A DNA stretch of 63,965 bases, filler included, from an uncultured bacterium (GTDB taxonomy: Bacteria; DAOPZR01), in assembly GCA_964637655.1 (NCBI GenBank). It is 10 parts of 10 records of this genome, joined end to end, with 100 filler letters (N's around TTAATTAATTAA, not from the genome) between each part and the next. Parts side by side here need not be neighbours in the genome. Positions count along the whole stretch, not along the records: positions 1 to 6,872 come from CAZWUZ010000207.1; positions 6,973 to 13,830 come from CAZWUZ010000208.1; 8 more parts are not named here. One strand, 5' to 3'. Of the stretch, positions 1 to 9,167 are shown piece by piece. The position numbers were made by a program, and so were the translations under genes. The first letter of the stretch is position 1; each line of letters opens with the position of its first letter. The notes beneath the pieces are model-generated. The model made no database searches. It was not told where the DNA came from and worked only from the letters and a program-made list of their open reading frames with translations.

Positions 1-398
1 ACCCCCAGCGCCTGTTCGGGAAAAATAAAGTCAGGCGCATCGGTGGTAAAGGCGCCGACGATGGCGGCAAACTCGCCCGCGCGCGCCTGCTCAATCGCGC
101 GCGACCAGGGCATGGTGCGGTAGTCAACCGCATACCCGGCAGGGGCAAAAACCGCCTGCGCCAGTTCGATCAGGTAGCCGGGCGTATCGCTCCCGGGTTC
201 GCCGTTGTAGGGATACCAGACGTCAGCGACGATGGTGATGACCGTATCGCCGGTGACAACAGGCGGCGCCGGTACGGCCGGCGACGGCGCCTCCGGCCGG
301 CCGCAGCCGGCTAAAGCGACCCAGAGCAGGCAGAGGATAAGGGAGACAATGCCGCCAGCGCGTGCCATTGCCGATGGTGCCGTCCCGGGTCGGAACAT
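1..398 (-). CDS. Solute-binding lipoprotein (SBP family 3-like), runs off window edge
   Basis: Manual translation from ATG 398 (RBS AGGAGG upstream): lipobox ALAGC, then ITIVADVWYPYNG...PGYLIELAQAVF...MPWSRAIEQARAG, typical of family-3 substrate-binding proteins. Not in ORF track. Confidence 0.75.
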   Translation of the reverse strand, partial: MFRPGTAPSAMARAGGIVSLILCLLWVALAGCGRPEAPSPAVPAPPVVTGDTVITIVADVWYPYNGEPGSDTPGYLIELAQAVFAPAGYAVDYRTMPWSRAIEQARAGEFAAIVGAFTTDAPDFIFPEQALG

Positions 399-458
399 CG
401 CCCCTCCTGCCGCACGAGCGTAGCACTGTTTTCCCGGCGCGTCAACGCGCGCCCCGGC

Positions 459-1043
459 TTACTGCAGACGGTCGCTGATAACAATAACCGCCAGCAGAAG
501 CGCATTGCCCAGCCCCACGGCAACCGCAGCCAACGCCACCAGTGCCAGCATACCACGGGCAGTCAGCGCCTGTGCCTGCCAGTCATCGCGCAGCGCGCGT
601 GCGGATACCGTCAGCAACGTGCGCAGGCGACAGGCACCCGTGACTGCGCCTGCCAGCACCAGCAGCAGCGGCAGATACAGACCAAGCCAGCGACCGGCAG
701 TCGTCAGTTGCGGACCGAAGCCCTGGTCCGTCGCCACCCACAGCACCGCTTCCCGCTGCGGAAAGAGATGCCAGCGCCGGAGCAGCCGGCCATACCCTTC
801 TCCTGCCTGTGCGAGGTGCTGACCGTCGCGGACAAAGAGAAAGGCATAGACCCATTCCCTGACCTGCAGCGTGGCATCCTGTGTATCACGCGACCAGTCG
901 ACCGGCATGGGCAGTTCTACCTGTAGCGCGTCTCCCGGTGTCGCCACCCGAATGCGCCACTTGAAATACGACCAGTGCAGGCAGAGCGCGAGAGCGATGA
1001 GCAGCAGCGGGGCCAGGCGCCGCAGCCGCACCGCCGGGGTCAT
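459..1043 (-). CDS. Hypothetical membrane protein
   Basis: 194 aa ORF with three hydrophobic segments; start overlaps the stop of the upstream gene. Confidence 0.6.
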   Translation of the reverse strand: MTPAVRLRRLAPLLLIALALCLHWSYFKWRIRVATPGDALQVELPMPVDWSRDTQDATLQVREWVYAFLFVRDGQHLAQAGEGYGRLLRRWHLFPQREAVLWVATDQGFGPQLTTAGRWLGLYLPLLLVLAGAVTGACRLRTLLTVSARALRDDWQAQALTARGMLALVALAAVAVGLGNALLLAVIVISDRLQ

Positions 1044-1645
1044 GCGACCGGCTCCGGCACAGTCACCGGCACGGTGCAGCGCGCGGCAAAACGTTCCGCA
1101 TCGGCACGGGTGCCGACCACGTCACCCCAATGGATGGGGATGGCCAGCTGCGGCCGCACGGCATTGGCATACACAGCCGCCTCGTCAGCGTTCATCGTGT
1201 AGGTGCCGCCGACGGGAAGGATAAGCGTATCGGCACGCACCGCATCCATCTCCGGAACATGGTCGGTATCGCCGGTGATATAGATGCGTTCCCCGTCAAG
1301 CGTGATGACCAACCCCACCCAGTTGCTGGCGCGCGGGTGGAACGGTTTCGTCGGAGTATAGGCGGGTATGGTCGTCACAGACAGGCCCGCCAGCGTGTAC
1401 GCTGCGCCTGGCCTGACAGCGACAAAGCCCGCCGGCAGGTTGCAATCGGGTGGCGCGGCGACAACGGTCGCGGGCGTCATCAGGCGCGCCACGTCAGCAG
1501 TTGAACAATGATCATCATGCGCGTGAGTGATGAGGATGAGGTCGGCCGGCGGCGCGCCCGGCCGCAGTTTCCACGGGTCGACATACACCCGCTGCGTCCC
1601 GGTCAGCCGCACGCTGCTGTGGCCCAGCCAGTCGATGGTCACCAT
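1040..1645 (-). CDS. Metallo-beta-lactamase-fold hydrolase (UPF0173-like)
   Basis: WLGHSS, VDPW, THAHDDH, GDT, LPVGGTYTM, PIHWG motifs; GGAGG RBS before ATG 1645. Confidence 0.85.
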   Translation of the reverse strand: MVTIDWLGHSSVRLTGTQRVYVDPWKLRPGAPPADLILITHAHDDHCSTADVARLMTPATVVAAPPDCNLPAGFVAVRPGAAYTLAGLSVTTIPAYTPTKPFHPRASNWVGLVITLDGERIYITGDTDHVPEMDAVRADTLILPVGGTYTMNADEAAVYANAVRPQLAIPIHWGDVVGTRADAERFAARCTVPVTVPEPVA

Positions 1646-1710
1646 CGCGCGCCTCCACACACCTGCAGCATAGCATATCGTCACGGATGGCGGTATGCTA
1701 CACTGCGCCC

Positions 1711-2790
1711 ATGGATCGCCTTGTGCCCACGAACGCGGGTGCCTGTTATCCCGTGCTCGACCTGCTCCCCGACCCGCTGCAGATGGTCGCTGCCGACGGG
1801 ACCATTGTGTTCCAGAACCGCGCGATGCGCGCGCTGTTCGGCGACCTCTGCGGCCAGATCTGCTGGCAGGCGCTCAAGGGAACAGACGCGACCGAGTGCC
1901 GCACCTGCCCGCGCCGGCGACTCGAACAGGACGCGTTCCGCGACGAGCAGGTCGAAGTCAGCGCACGCAACGGACGCCGCTACCTGGTCAGCCATTCCGC
2001 GCTAAAGATCGACGGGGCGCCGCACCTCATCGAAATCTACAAGGATGTCACCGAGTTCCGCCGGCTGCTCGAAGAGAACGCGCAGGTGACCGCAGGGGTA
2101 GCCGTGGCGCGCGAGGTGCAGAACAAGTGCATCGCGGTCGCGCAGGACGTGCCCGGATTCACCGTCAACTGGCGCTATCGCCCGTCGCACCTCATCGCCG
2201 GCGACTTTCTCAACGTCCATTACTGGCAGGAACGCTACCTCGCCGCCGCCGTCGCTGATGTCGCCGGGCACGGCATCGGCGCGGCGGCCGTTACCTTCCT
2301 GCTCAAAACCGTCTACGACCAGTTGTGCCGCGAGCGGCTCGGCATGACCGACTTCGCCCGCACCTTGCAGCGCCGCCTGCACGGCTACCTGCTCCCCGGG
2401 CAGTTCATCACTCTCGCGCTCGTGCTCATCGATACGCAAACGATGACCGGGAGCGTGCTCAATGCCGGGCATCCCCCGGTGCTGCATTTCGCCGCCGGCA
2501 GCCGCGCCCCCCGCCGTTTCGACGCGCAATTGCTGCCGCTCGGTGTCACCCCCGCCGCCGGCAGCGTGGTGGCAACCGAATCATTCGCCCTCGCGCCCGG
2601 CGACCGCCTGCTCCTCTATACTGACGGTGCCTTCCAGAAATTCAACCGTTCGCTCGCCGCTTTCATCAGCGCGGCCACCGCTTGCACTGCCGTTTCCCCG
2701 GAACAGTCCGTTGCGGCACTGCTCCCCGCTGATGCGGCCCCGCTCGAAGACGACCTGACCCTGCTGCTGCTTGCCGCCAACCCCGCCTGA
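1711..2790 (+). CDS. PAS-domain PP2C/SpoIIE (RsbU-like) Ser/Thr phosphatase
   Basis: N-terminal PAS-like region; AGDF, ADVAGHG, NAGHPP, YTDG and EDDLT motifs of SpoIIE phosphatases. Start may be 1687 or 1711. Confidence 0.85.
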   Translation: MDRLVPTNAGACYPVLDLLPDPLQMVAADGTIVFQNRAMRALFGDLCGQICWQALKGTDATECRTCPRRRLEQDAFRDEQVEVSARNGRRYLVSHSALKIDGAPHLIEIYKDVTEFRRLLEENAQVTAGVAVAREVQNKCIAVAQDVPGFTVNWRYRPSHLIAGDFLNVHYWQERYLAAAVADVAGHGIGAAAVTFLLKTVYDQLCRERLGMTDFARTLQRRLHGYLLPGQFITLALVLIDTQTMTGSVLNAGHPPVLHFAAGSRAPRRFDAQLLPLGVTPAAGSVVATESFALAPGDRLLLYTDGAFQKFNRSLAAFISAATACTAVSPEQSVAALLPADAAPLEDDLTLLLLAANPA

Positions 2791-2893
2791 CCCGTTTCCC
2801 CACGCGCTCATTCTCGGTCAGTTAGCAGCCGATATAGTGACGGGAGGCGCGCCGCATCAGCAGCGTGTCACTTTGACAGCAGGATGTGTCAGG

Positions 2894-3706
2894 ATGGCGC
2901 TCTCCGCAATCAAGTCGGCACTACTACCCGTATATCATGAACCGGTCACTGTGCCGCCACCTGCAACAGCAGCAGCCGACAACGGGGTCAGCGCCACGCT
3001 GTCAGCGAACGGCATGGCTGCCGCCAATGCGGCGCGGCTCGATGAAGCAATCACCCAGCGCGAATATGAACTGCTGAAACTGCGCGGACTGAGCGATGCC
3101 GAAGTGGCGGACTTCCGCGCGATGGTCGCTGCCGCAGACGAAACGGGTGACCCGCGCGGCTGTATCGCGGACATGGATGCGGCGCAGCGCGAACTGTTGC
3201 GTAAAGCGAACAGTTACGGTTCTGACCTGACTGACGACCGTCTCGCGCAAATGAGCGACGAGGGCGTGGCCAACCTGCTGGTGCGGCAGGACTACCGGGC
3301 ATTCGTCGATTACAACAACGACGGGATGGTTGAGCACGGGGCGGGCATGACCTTCGTCTTCCCGCCACCCAATGCACCGGCCGCGGTCAAGGACGCGTGG
3401 GAGGCGACACTGGCAGAGATGCCGCGCGGCTACAATCGCCTGCTTGCCCCGACACTCTTCATGGTACTGTCGCTGCAGGCCAACATCCGCACCGATGCCG
3501 ACGGCAAAGCCGTTGGGGTCATCGGCCCGGGCGAGGCGGGCTACCGCAACATCTTCGCCACCACCGTCTCAGGGTGGCAGGACCTCTTTGACCGCGCCGA
3601 GGCGTATCTCGACTGGTCGGACACATTCATTACTGAGCCGCAGGCCATCCGGCACCGCAAACTCGACCGGCAGATGCTCGACACCTTCCGCGCGCATCTC
3701 AACTGA
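2894..3706 (+). CDS. Hypothetical protein (acidic, with DYNNDG EF-hand-like loop)
   Basis: Long ORF with host-like codon use; start uncertain (ORF open from 2771). Confidence 0.65.
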   Translation: MALSAIKSALLPVYHEPVTVPPPATAAADNGVSATLSANGMAAANAARLDEAITQREYELLKLRGLSDAEVADFRAMVAAADETGDPRGCIADMDAAQRELLRKANSYGSDLTDDRLAQMSDEGVANLLVRQDYRAFVDYNNDGMVEHGAGMTFVFPPPNAPAAVKDAWEATLAEMPRGYNRLLAPTLFMVLSLQANIRTDADGKAVGVIGPGEAGYRNIFATTVSGWQDLFDRAEAYLDWSDTFITEPQAIRHRKLDRQMLDTFRAHLN

Positions 3707-3721
3707 CACCCCGCACACCCG

Positions 3722-3750
3722 TTGACGCGATAGCGGCACGGTGGTATGCT
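3722..3750 (+). promoter_or_regulatory. Sigma70-type promoter of the peptide/pseudokinase operon
   Basis: TTGACG (3722-3727), 17 nt, TATGCT (3745-3750) with TG extended -10. Confidence 0.75.
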
Positions 3751-3776
3751 CAATGTGTGTTAGGCAGGAGGCGCTG

Positions 3777-3950
3777 ATGGACCGCAAGCCGCAACCGCCA
3801 CAGCCGGATGACCGGCAGCAACCGCAACAGCGCCCGCCGGTTCCCGCCGCGGAAGCCCCGCTCACCAGGGCGGAACTCGATGCCGTTGCCGGCGGGTCAA
3901 CCGATCCCACTGAACATGAGCCCTTCCTCCCCGGAACATACTCTGCCTGA
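3777..3950 (+). CDS. Putative RiPP precursor peptide 1 (57 aa, double-glycine leader)
   Basis: RBS AGGAGG; Pro/Gln-rich leader ending LTRAELDAVAGG, then core STDPTEHEPFLPGTYSA. Confidence 0.75.
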   Translation: MDRKPQPPQPDDRQQPQQRPPVPAAEAPLTRAELDAVAGGSTDPTEHEPFLPGTYSA

Positions 3951-3963
3951 CGGAGGTGCTGTC

Positions 3964-4128
3964 ATGTCCTCACCTGAATCCGCCCCGACGCTGCCCCCGG
4001 TTGCACCACCGGCCGCGGACAGGCGCCATCCCAACGACCGTTTGTCAGACGCGGAACTCGATGCGGTGGCGGGCGGCTTGAAGAGCCAGCCCACGGAAGA
4101 CGAGCCCTTCCTGCCCGGCTACTACTGA
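3964..4128 (+). CDS. Putative RiPP precursor peptide 2 (54 aa, double-glycine leader)
   Basis: RBS GGAGGT; leader ending LSDAELDAVAGG, then core LKSQPTEDEPFLPGYY; paralog of peptide 1. Confidence 0.75.
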   Translation: MSSPESAPTLPPVAPPAADRRHPNDRLSDAELDAVAGGLKSQPTEDEPFLPGYY

Positions 4129-4131
4129 CCG

Positions 4132-5136
4132 ATGCACGCCGTGCTGGTGTCTGCGCGACCGCTGCCGGACAGCGTCGCGCGGCGGCTGGTCGCCGTGGCA
4201 GCCGGGCGCGATACGGGCGACGGTTTTTCCGGCACGCGCTCCGTGCTCATGCGACTGCCGGAGACACTTCCCGGCGGCATCTGTACCCTGAAACTCAAAG
4301 GGGTCGGCTATTGCCGCGACGGCAAACGCGTGTCACCGCAGATGCGCGATTATCTCGACGGCCCCGGTCGCCCGTTCATGGCCCTGCGCGTGGCCCGTGA
4401 CGGACGCATCACCGCGCGGCGTGCCTGCGCGCGCCCGGTGGGCGGCATGCTGCTCGCCAGCGCGCGCAACGAATACCTGCTAACCCGCGCTGCCGCTGCG
4501 GCCGGCGTGCCGGTGCTGCTGCCGGTTGCCTGCGGCGAATATCCGCGCCTGCGTTTCCGCAACCGGCGCCTCGGTTTTGTCGTGCTCGGGCTTCATGACC
4601 GTCACGATCAGCGCATGGGGGAAGCATGGCTGCACCTGCTGCAGCAGGCCGCGGCCGCCCGCGACCCGCGCCGGGCACATGCCGCGCTGCTGCCGCGCCT
4701 GCGCCGCGATATTCGCGCCGCCGGGCAGCTGCTGCGACTGCTGCACGCGGCGGGGTTTGTCAACAGCGCGACCAACCTCAGCAACATCTGCGGACGCGGG
4801 GGTGACTGGCGACTCGGTGACCTCGACCTGCTGCGTCGTACACGCCGCATGACCGCAGCGCAGGAACTGGCCTGGCGCCTGAAGGACTACTACGTGCTGG
4901 CGCTTTCCCTCGCCCGGCGCGCCTGTGTGCCGTCCCTGCGCCGCTACCGGCATCGTCTGCTCGATGTGTTTGGCAACGCATATTTTGGTCCGGGTTATGT
5001 ACCCGGCCGGATGCTGCTGCTCGACCACCTGCGTGCGCGGGAGGTGCTGACCGGCGGTGCGCCGCTGCGCACGGCCGGTCCGCTGGTGCAGTTGCTGCGT
5101 GCCGCGGTCGCGGCCGACCGGCGCGCGCTCAACTGA
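4132..5136 (+). CDS. Protein-kinase-like fold protein, SelO/YdiU-like pseudokinase; candidate peptide-modifying enzyme
   Basis: Motifs in order: [25 protein letters not shown]...[25 protein letters not shown]. These parallel SelO GDGR, LKGAG, GRAVLRS-IRE...LGIP, GFAHGVMNTDNM, DYG. Starts 3 nt after peptide 2. Confidence 0.6.
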   Translation: MHAVLVSARPLPDSVARRLVAVAAGRDTGDGFSGTRSVLMRLPETLPGGICTLKLKGVGYCRDGKRVSPQMRDYLDGPGRPFMALRVARDGRITARRACARPVGGMLLASARNEYLLTRAAAAAGVPVLLPVACGEYPRLRFRNRRLGFVVLGLHDRHDQRMGEAWLHLLQQAAAARDPRRAHAALLPRLRRDIRAAGQLLRLLHAAGFVNSATNLSNICGRGGDWRLGDLDLLRRTRRMTAAQELAWRLKDYYVLALSLARRACVPSLRRYRHRLLDVFGNAYFGPGYVPGRMLLLDHLRAREVLTGGAPLRTAGPLVQLLRAAVAADRRALN

Positions 5137-6872
5137 GACGGAAGCGCGCCGCCAGGTCGGTCAGGTTCTCCGCCTGCCCCGTCAGTTCCTTGGCCGCGGC
5201 GGCGATATGTTCCGCCACCCCCGAGTTTTCCTCGGTCACCGAGGCGACGTTCTGGATCGATTTGGCCACCTCGTCCGCGGTCGTCGTCTGCTCCGTCGTC
5301 GCCGAAGAGATCTGCGTGATGGAGTTGGCCGTCTGCTCCACCCCGGTGACGATGCGCCCGATGGTGCTGCCCGCCGCGTCGGCGAGTTCCAGTCCCTGCC
5401 GCACGCTGTCGCCGCCGGCGCGGATCAGCGAGGCAATCTCCTTCGCCGACTGTGCCGATCGCTCGGCCAGTTTGCGCACCTCGTCCGCCACCACCGCGAA
5501 CCCGAGCCCGTGCTGCCCCGCCCGCGCCGCCTCGATGGCGGCGTTCAGCGCCAGCAGGTTGGTCTGGTCGGCGATTTCGCCGATGGCCGCACTGATCTGG
5601 CTAATCTGCTCCGAACTGCGCGCGATCTGCCGTGTCGCCTCCACCGACTGCCCGATGGCGCTCCCCCCCTGCCGCGCCTCGCCGGCCGCTTCCGCCGCGC
5701 GGTCGCGCGCCTCGATTGCCCCTTTCGCCACGCTGCCGATGGAAGAACTCATCTCCTCGATGGCGGCGGAAAGCTGCTCGATGGTCGCCGCCTGGTTCTG
5801 CGCGCCCGTGGCCACCTCGTGTGCCCCCGTCGCCAGGTTTTCCGCTGAGCCGCGGATATTCCCCGCCGCCTGCTGAATGCCCGCCAGCATGCTGCGCAGC
5901 TGCGCTACCATTTCCTGCATCGACGCGAGGATGCCGGTCGCGTCTGCCGACGCGGTGATGTTCAGGTCGCCCGCCGCCACCCGCTCCGCGATGGCCGCGA
6001 TATGCGCCGGTTCGCCGCCCAGCTGCCGCAGGATGCTCCGCCCGAGCACAAACGCGAGCAGTGCGGTGAGCAGCAACGCCCCCAGCGCCACGCCGCCCGC
6101 CAACAGCAGCGCGCGGTTGGCCTCACCGCGCAGCCGTGCCGCCTGCGCCGTCAGGTCGGACGCGAGACGGTCCTCAACCCGCTTGAGCAGGTCGATTTTC
6201 GCCGTCTGCTGCGCGACCCAGAAGGCGGGATCGACCCCGAAGCCGCCGGCGGCCGCGCGCTCGAACGCGAGCGCGCGCAGGCGCGCCGTTTCCGCTACCG
6301 GCGTTCCCGTCACTGTCGCCTCGTGGAACCGCACCTGCTCCGCCTGCGCCAGCGAGCGGAAGATCTTCTCGTAGGTTTCCTGGGACGCCACCAGCGCGGC
6401 AAAGGCATTGAACATCCCGGGCGCAAAGACGTCGCGCGCAAAAGTGTTGTTGAGCGTCGCCCGCTCGATCCCCGCCCGCTCCTTCCCCTGCAGGAACGCC
6501 GCGTAGGCATTCGCCTGGCGCGCAATCTGCGCATCGTCGCTCAGCGTGGCAATAACCTGCACCGCCTCGAGGAACGCGCCATTGAGTTGCGTGTAGTAGC
6601 CGATTGCCTCGGGCGCGGGCAGGCGCAGCGCGCTGCTCCCCTCGCGCGTCTGCGCCAGTTTCGCCAGCAGCGTCTCCGCCCGGCCCAGCGCGGCGCTGAA
6701 CGCCTCACCATAGCGTGCGCGGTCGAACTCCGCCAGCATGCTCTCCAGTTCGCCGCGCCGCGTGTCGGTCACCTGCCGCTGCGCGGCCAGTTCCGTGCCG
6801 AACTTCTCCCCGCTGCTGCCGAGGAAACCGGCGGTCAGGCCGCGCTCCTTCTGCGTCTCATGCACCAGCGCA
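5129..6872 (-). CDS. Methyl-accepting chemotaxis protein with NIT (nitrate/nitrite) sensor domain, 5' truncated
   Basis: VHETQKERG and [12 protein letters not shown] motifs, TM, HAMP, and [20 protein letters not shown] signalling hairpin. Confidence 0.92.
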
Positions 6873-6972
6873 NNNNNNNNNNNNNNNNNNNNNNNNNNNN
6901 NNNNNNNNNNNNNNNNTTAATTAATTAANNNNNNNNNNNNNNNNNNNNNNNNNNNNNNNNNNNNNNNNNNNN
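6873..6972. other. Artificial contig linker (first of nine)
   Basis: N-run/TTAATTAATTAA/N-run, 100 nt. Identical linkers at 13831-13930, 20769-20868, 27600-27699, 34431-34530, 41126-41225, 47791-47890, 54391-54490, 60990-61089. Contig lengths decrease along the window. Confidence 0.99.
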
Positions 6973-7017
6973 CATAACTTAATAACTTGAGCTCCGTCCC
7001 CTTTGTGGTTACTTTGG

Positions 7018-7446
7018 TTATAAATTGTCGGGGCCGAAGGAGAGCGGCATTAGTTCGTCGATGCTCATGAGTTTATAGCCACCCTTGAGGTTGGCGAGGA
7101 CGACCTGCATGCCGAGGCCCGATTCGCGGATGACCTGGCGGCAGGCGCCACAGGGTGAACCAAGCGCCACGTCGTCATAGACGATGGCGATGGCGGTGAG
7201 GTCGCGGTGCCCTTCGGAAAACGCCTTGAAGATAGCGGTACGCTCGGCGCAGCAGGTGAGCCCGTAGGAAGCGTTCTCGATATTGCAGCCACCGAAGACC
7301 TTCCCCTTCTTCGTGAGCACCGCGGCCCCGACCTTGAACTTCGAGTAGGGGGCATAGGCGTTCTTGCGCGCTTTGGCTGCGGCGGCAATGAGTTTCTTCG
7401 CCTGCACCGCGCTGATTTTCTTTCCCTGCTTTGCTGCCTTCTTCAT
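7018..7446 (-). CDS. cdd: Cytidine deaminase
   Basis: AYAPYSKFKVGAA, GCNIENASY, CAE and SPCGACRQ zinc motifs; start at ATG 7446. Confidence 0.95.
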   Translation of the reverse strand: MKKAAKQGKKISAVQAKKLIAAAAKARKNAYAPYSKFKVGAAVLTKKGKVFGGCNIENASYGLTCCAERTAIFKAFSEGHRDLTAIAIVYDDVALGSPCGACRQVIRESGLGMQVVLANLKGGYKLMSIDELMPLSFGPDNL

Positions 7447-7543
7447 GCTGCACCTCGCCAGTAGAATACCTGACTTATACGACGCCCGCGCCCGCTTGTC
7501 AACTGCCGCGGGGTAGTGTATCGTCGCGCCGGAGGCATACACC

Positions 7544-9016
7544 ATGGCTGACACACTGCAACAGTTCAAGGAATACCTCGCGGACATCAGCAGGTTGTCA
7601 CAGGCGGCGGCACTGCTGTCGTGGGACCTGGAGACGGGGTGCCCGCGCGCGGGTGTGGCGAAGCGCGCCGAGGCGATGGGCCTGTTGTCGCAGGAGATCT
7701 TCTCGCGCAGCGTCAGCGAGCGCATGGGGGGGTTTCTCGACACGCTGGCCGCCACGGAACTCAGCGACGACGACCGCGCGCTGGTGCGCGTGGTCAAACG
7801 CGACTACGACAAGGCCAAGGCGATCCCCCCCGCGCTGGTGCGCGACCTTTCCGTGACCGCGGCGCAGGCGCAGCCCGCCTGGGAGCAGGCGAAAGCAGAC
7901 GCCGCTTTTCCCGCGTTCGCCCCGCACCTCGAAAAACTGCTCGCGCTGAAATGCGAGATGGCAGACATCGTGGGCTGGCAGGGTCACCGCTACGATGCGC
8001 TGCTCGACGATTATGAGCCGGGGCTGACGGTGGCGGAACTCGACCCGCTGCTCGCCACGCTGCGCGCCGACCTCGTCCCGCTGGCTGAGGCCATCATCGC
8101 CCGGCAGGGTCCGGTCCCCGCACTCCCCGCCGGCGGGTATCCGGTCGCCGCGCAGCGCGCGCTGGGCGAGGAGGTGCTGCGCCTGCTCGGCTATGATTTC
8201 GCCGCGGGGCGGTTAGACGCATCGGCCCATCCCTTCTCCATCACCATCAGCGCGGGCGACCATCGCGTCACCACCCGCTTCGACGAAAGGGATTTCCGCC
8301 CGTCGTTCTTCTCCGTGCTGCACGAGGGGGGGCATGCGCTCTACGAGATGGGCATCCCGGCGAAATTCCACGAAACGCCGCTGGGCGAGGGGTGCTCGAT
8401 GGCGGTGCATGAATCGCAGTCGCGTTTCTGGGAGAACATCGTCGGACGCAGCCGCGCTGTCCTCGAGTATGTGCGCCCGGTCATGGCCAGGCATCTGCCG
8501 GCACTCGACGGGCTCGACAGCGATGCGCTCTACCGCCTCGCCAACGGGGTGCAGCGCTCGCTGATCCGCACCGAGGCGGACGAAGTGACCTACAACCTGC
8601 ACGTCATGCTGCGCTATGAACTGGAAAAGGGGCTGCTTGACGGTTCGCTGGCGGTGGCTGACCTGCCCGCGGCGTGGAACGCGAAACTGCGCGACTATCT
8701 CGGGCTGACGCCCACGTCCGACCGCGCGGGGGTGCTGCAGGACGTGCACTGGGCGCACGGCTCGTTCGGCTACTTCCCGTCGTACCTGCTGGGCAACCTC
8801 TACGCGGCGCAACTGGCGGACGACATGACGCGCGACCTTGACCTCGACGCCTGCCTGCGGCGGGGCGATCTGCGCGCACCGCTGGCCTGGCTGCGGGAAA
8901 AAGTGCATGCGCACGGGCGGGCGCTGCTGCCGGCGGAACTGCTGCAGCGCGCGACGGGGAACGCACCTGATGCGCGATATTTCCTCGCCTACCTGCGGCA
9001 CAAGTTCCTGAACTGA
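7544..9016 (+). CDS. Carboxypeptidase, M32 (Taq) family
   Basis: HPF, HEGGH, HESQS, IRTEADE, QDVHW and GYFPSY motifs. Confidence 0.95.
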   Translation: MADTLQQFKEYLADISRLSQAAALLSWDLETGCPRAGVAKRAEAMGLLSQEIFSRSVSERMGGFLDTLAATELSDDDRALVRVVKRDYDKAKAIPPALVRDLSVTAAQAQPAWEQAKADAAFPAFAPHLEKLLALKCEMADIVGWQGHRYDALLDDYEPGLTVAELDPLLATLRADLVPLAEAIIARQGPVPALPAGGYPVAAQRALGEEVLRLLGYDFAAGRLDASAHPFSITISAGDHRVTTRFDERDFRPSFFSVLHEGGHALYEMGIPAKFHETPLGEGCSMAVHESQSRFWENIVGRSRAVLEYVRPVMARHLPALDGLDSDALYRLANGVQRSLIRTEADEVTYNLHVMLRYELEKGLLDGSLAVADLPAAWNAKLRDYLGLTPTSDRAGVLQDVHWAHGSFGYFPSYLLGNLYAAQLADDMTRDLDLDACLRRGDLRAPLAWLREKVHAHGRALLPAELLQRATGNAPDARYFLAYLRHKFLN

Positions 9017-9051
9017 GTATGCGCATGTCCATCACTGACAACAGCGTAAAC

Positions 9052-9083
9052 CGTTCACCGCGGAGCACACGGAGCACGCAGAG
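9052..9083 (+). repeat. Intergenic 9-mer tandem repeat element (CAC-GGAG type)
   Basis: CGTTCACCGCGGAGCACACGGAGCACGCAGAG matches 57203-57234 at 30 of 32 positions. Confidence 0.75.
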
Positions 9084-9167
9084 CGTCACCGTTGCCCGCG
9101 GTTGTTTTTTGCTGCTGCGCATCTGGCGCAGCATGGGCAACACTACTTACCGGCAGGAGTCAGACAG

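Noticed and set aside
6873-6972. Recurrent TTAATTAATTAA flanked by Ns every ~6.5-6.9 kb
   Set aside because: Artificial six-frame-stop linker between contigs, not a biological repeat. ORFs ending in X..LIN are artifacts.
6973-7017. ATAACTT tandem and GAGCTCCGTCCCCTTT at the contig start, possibly a REP-like end
   Set aside because: Single truncated copy at a contig tip; insufficient evidence.
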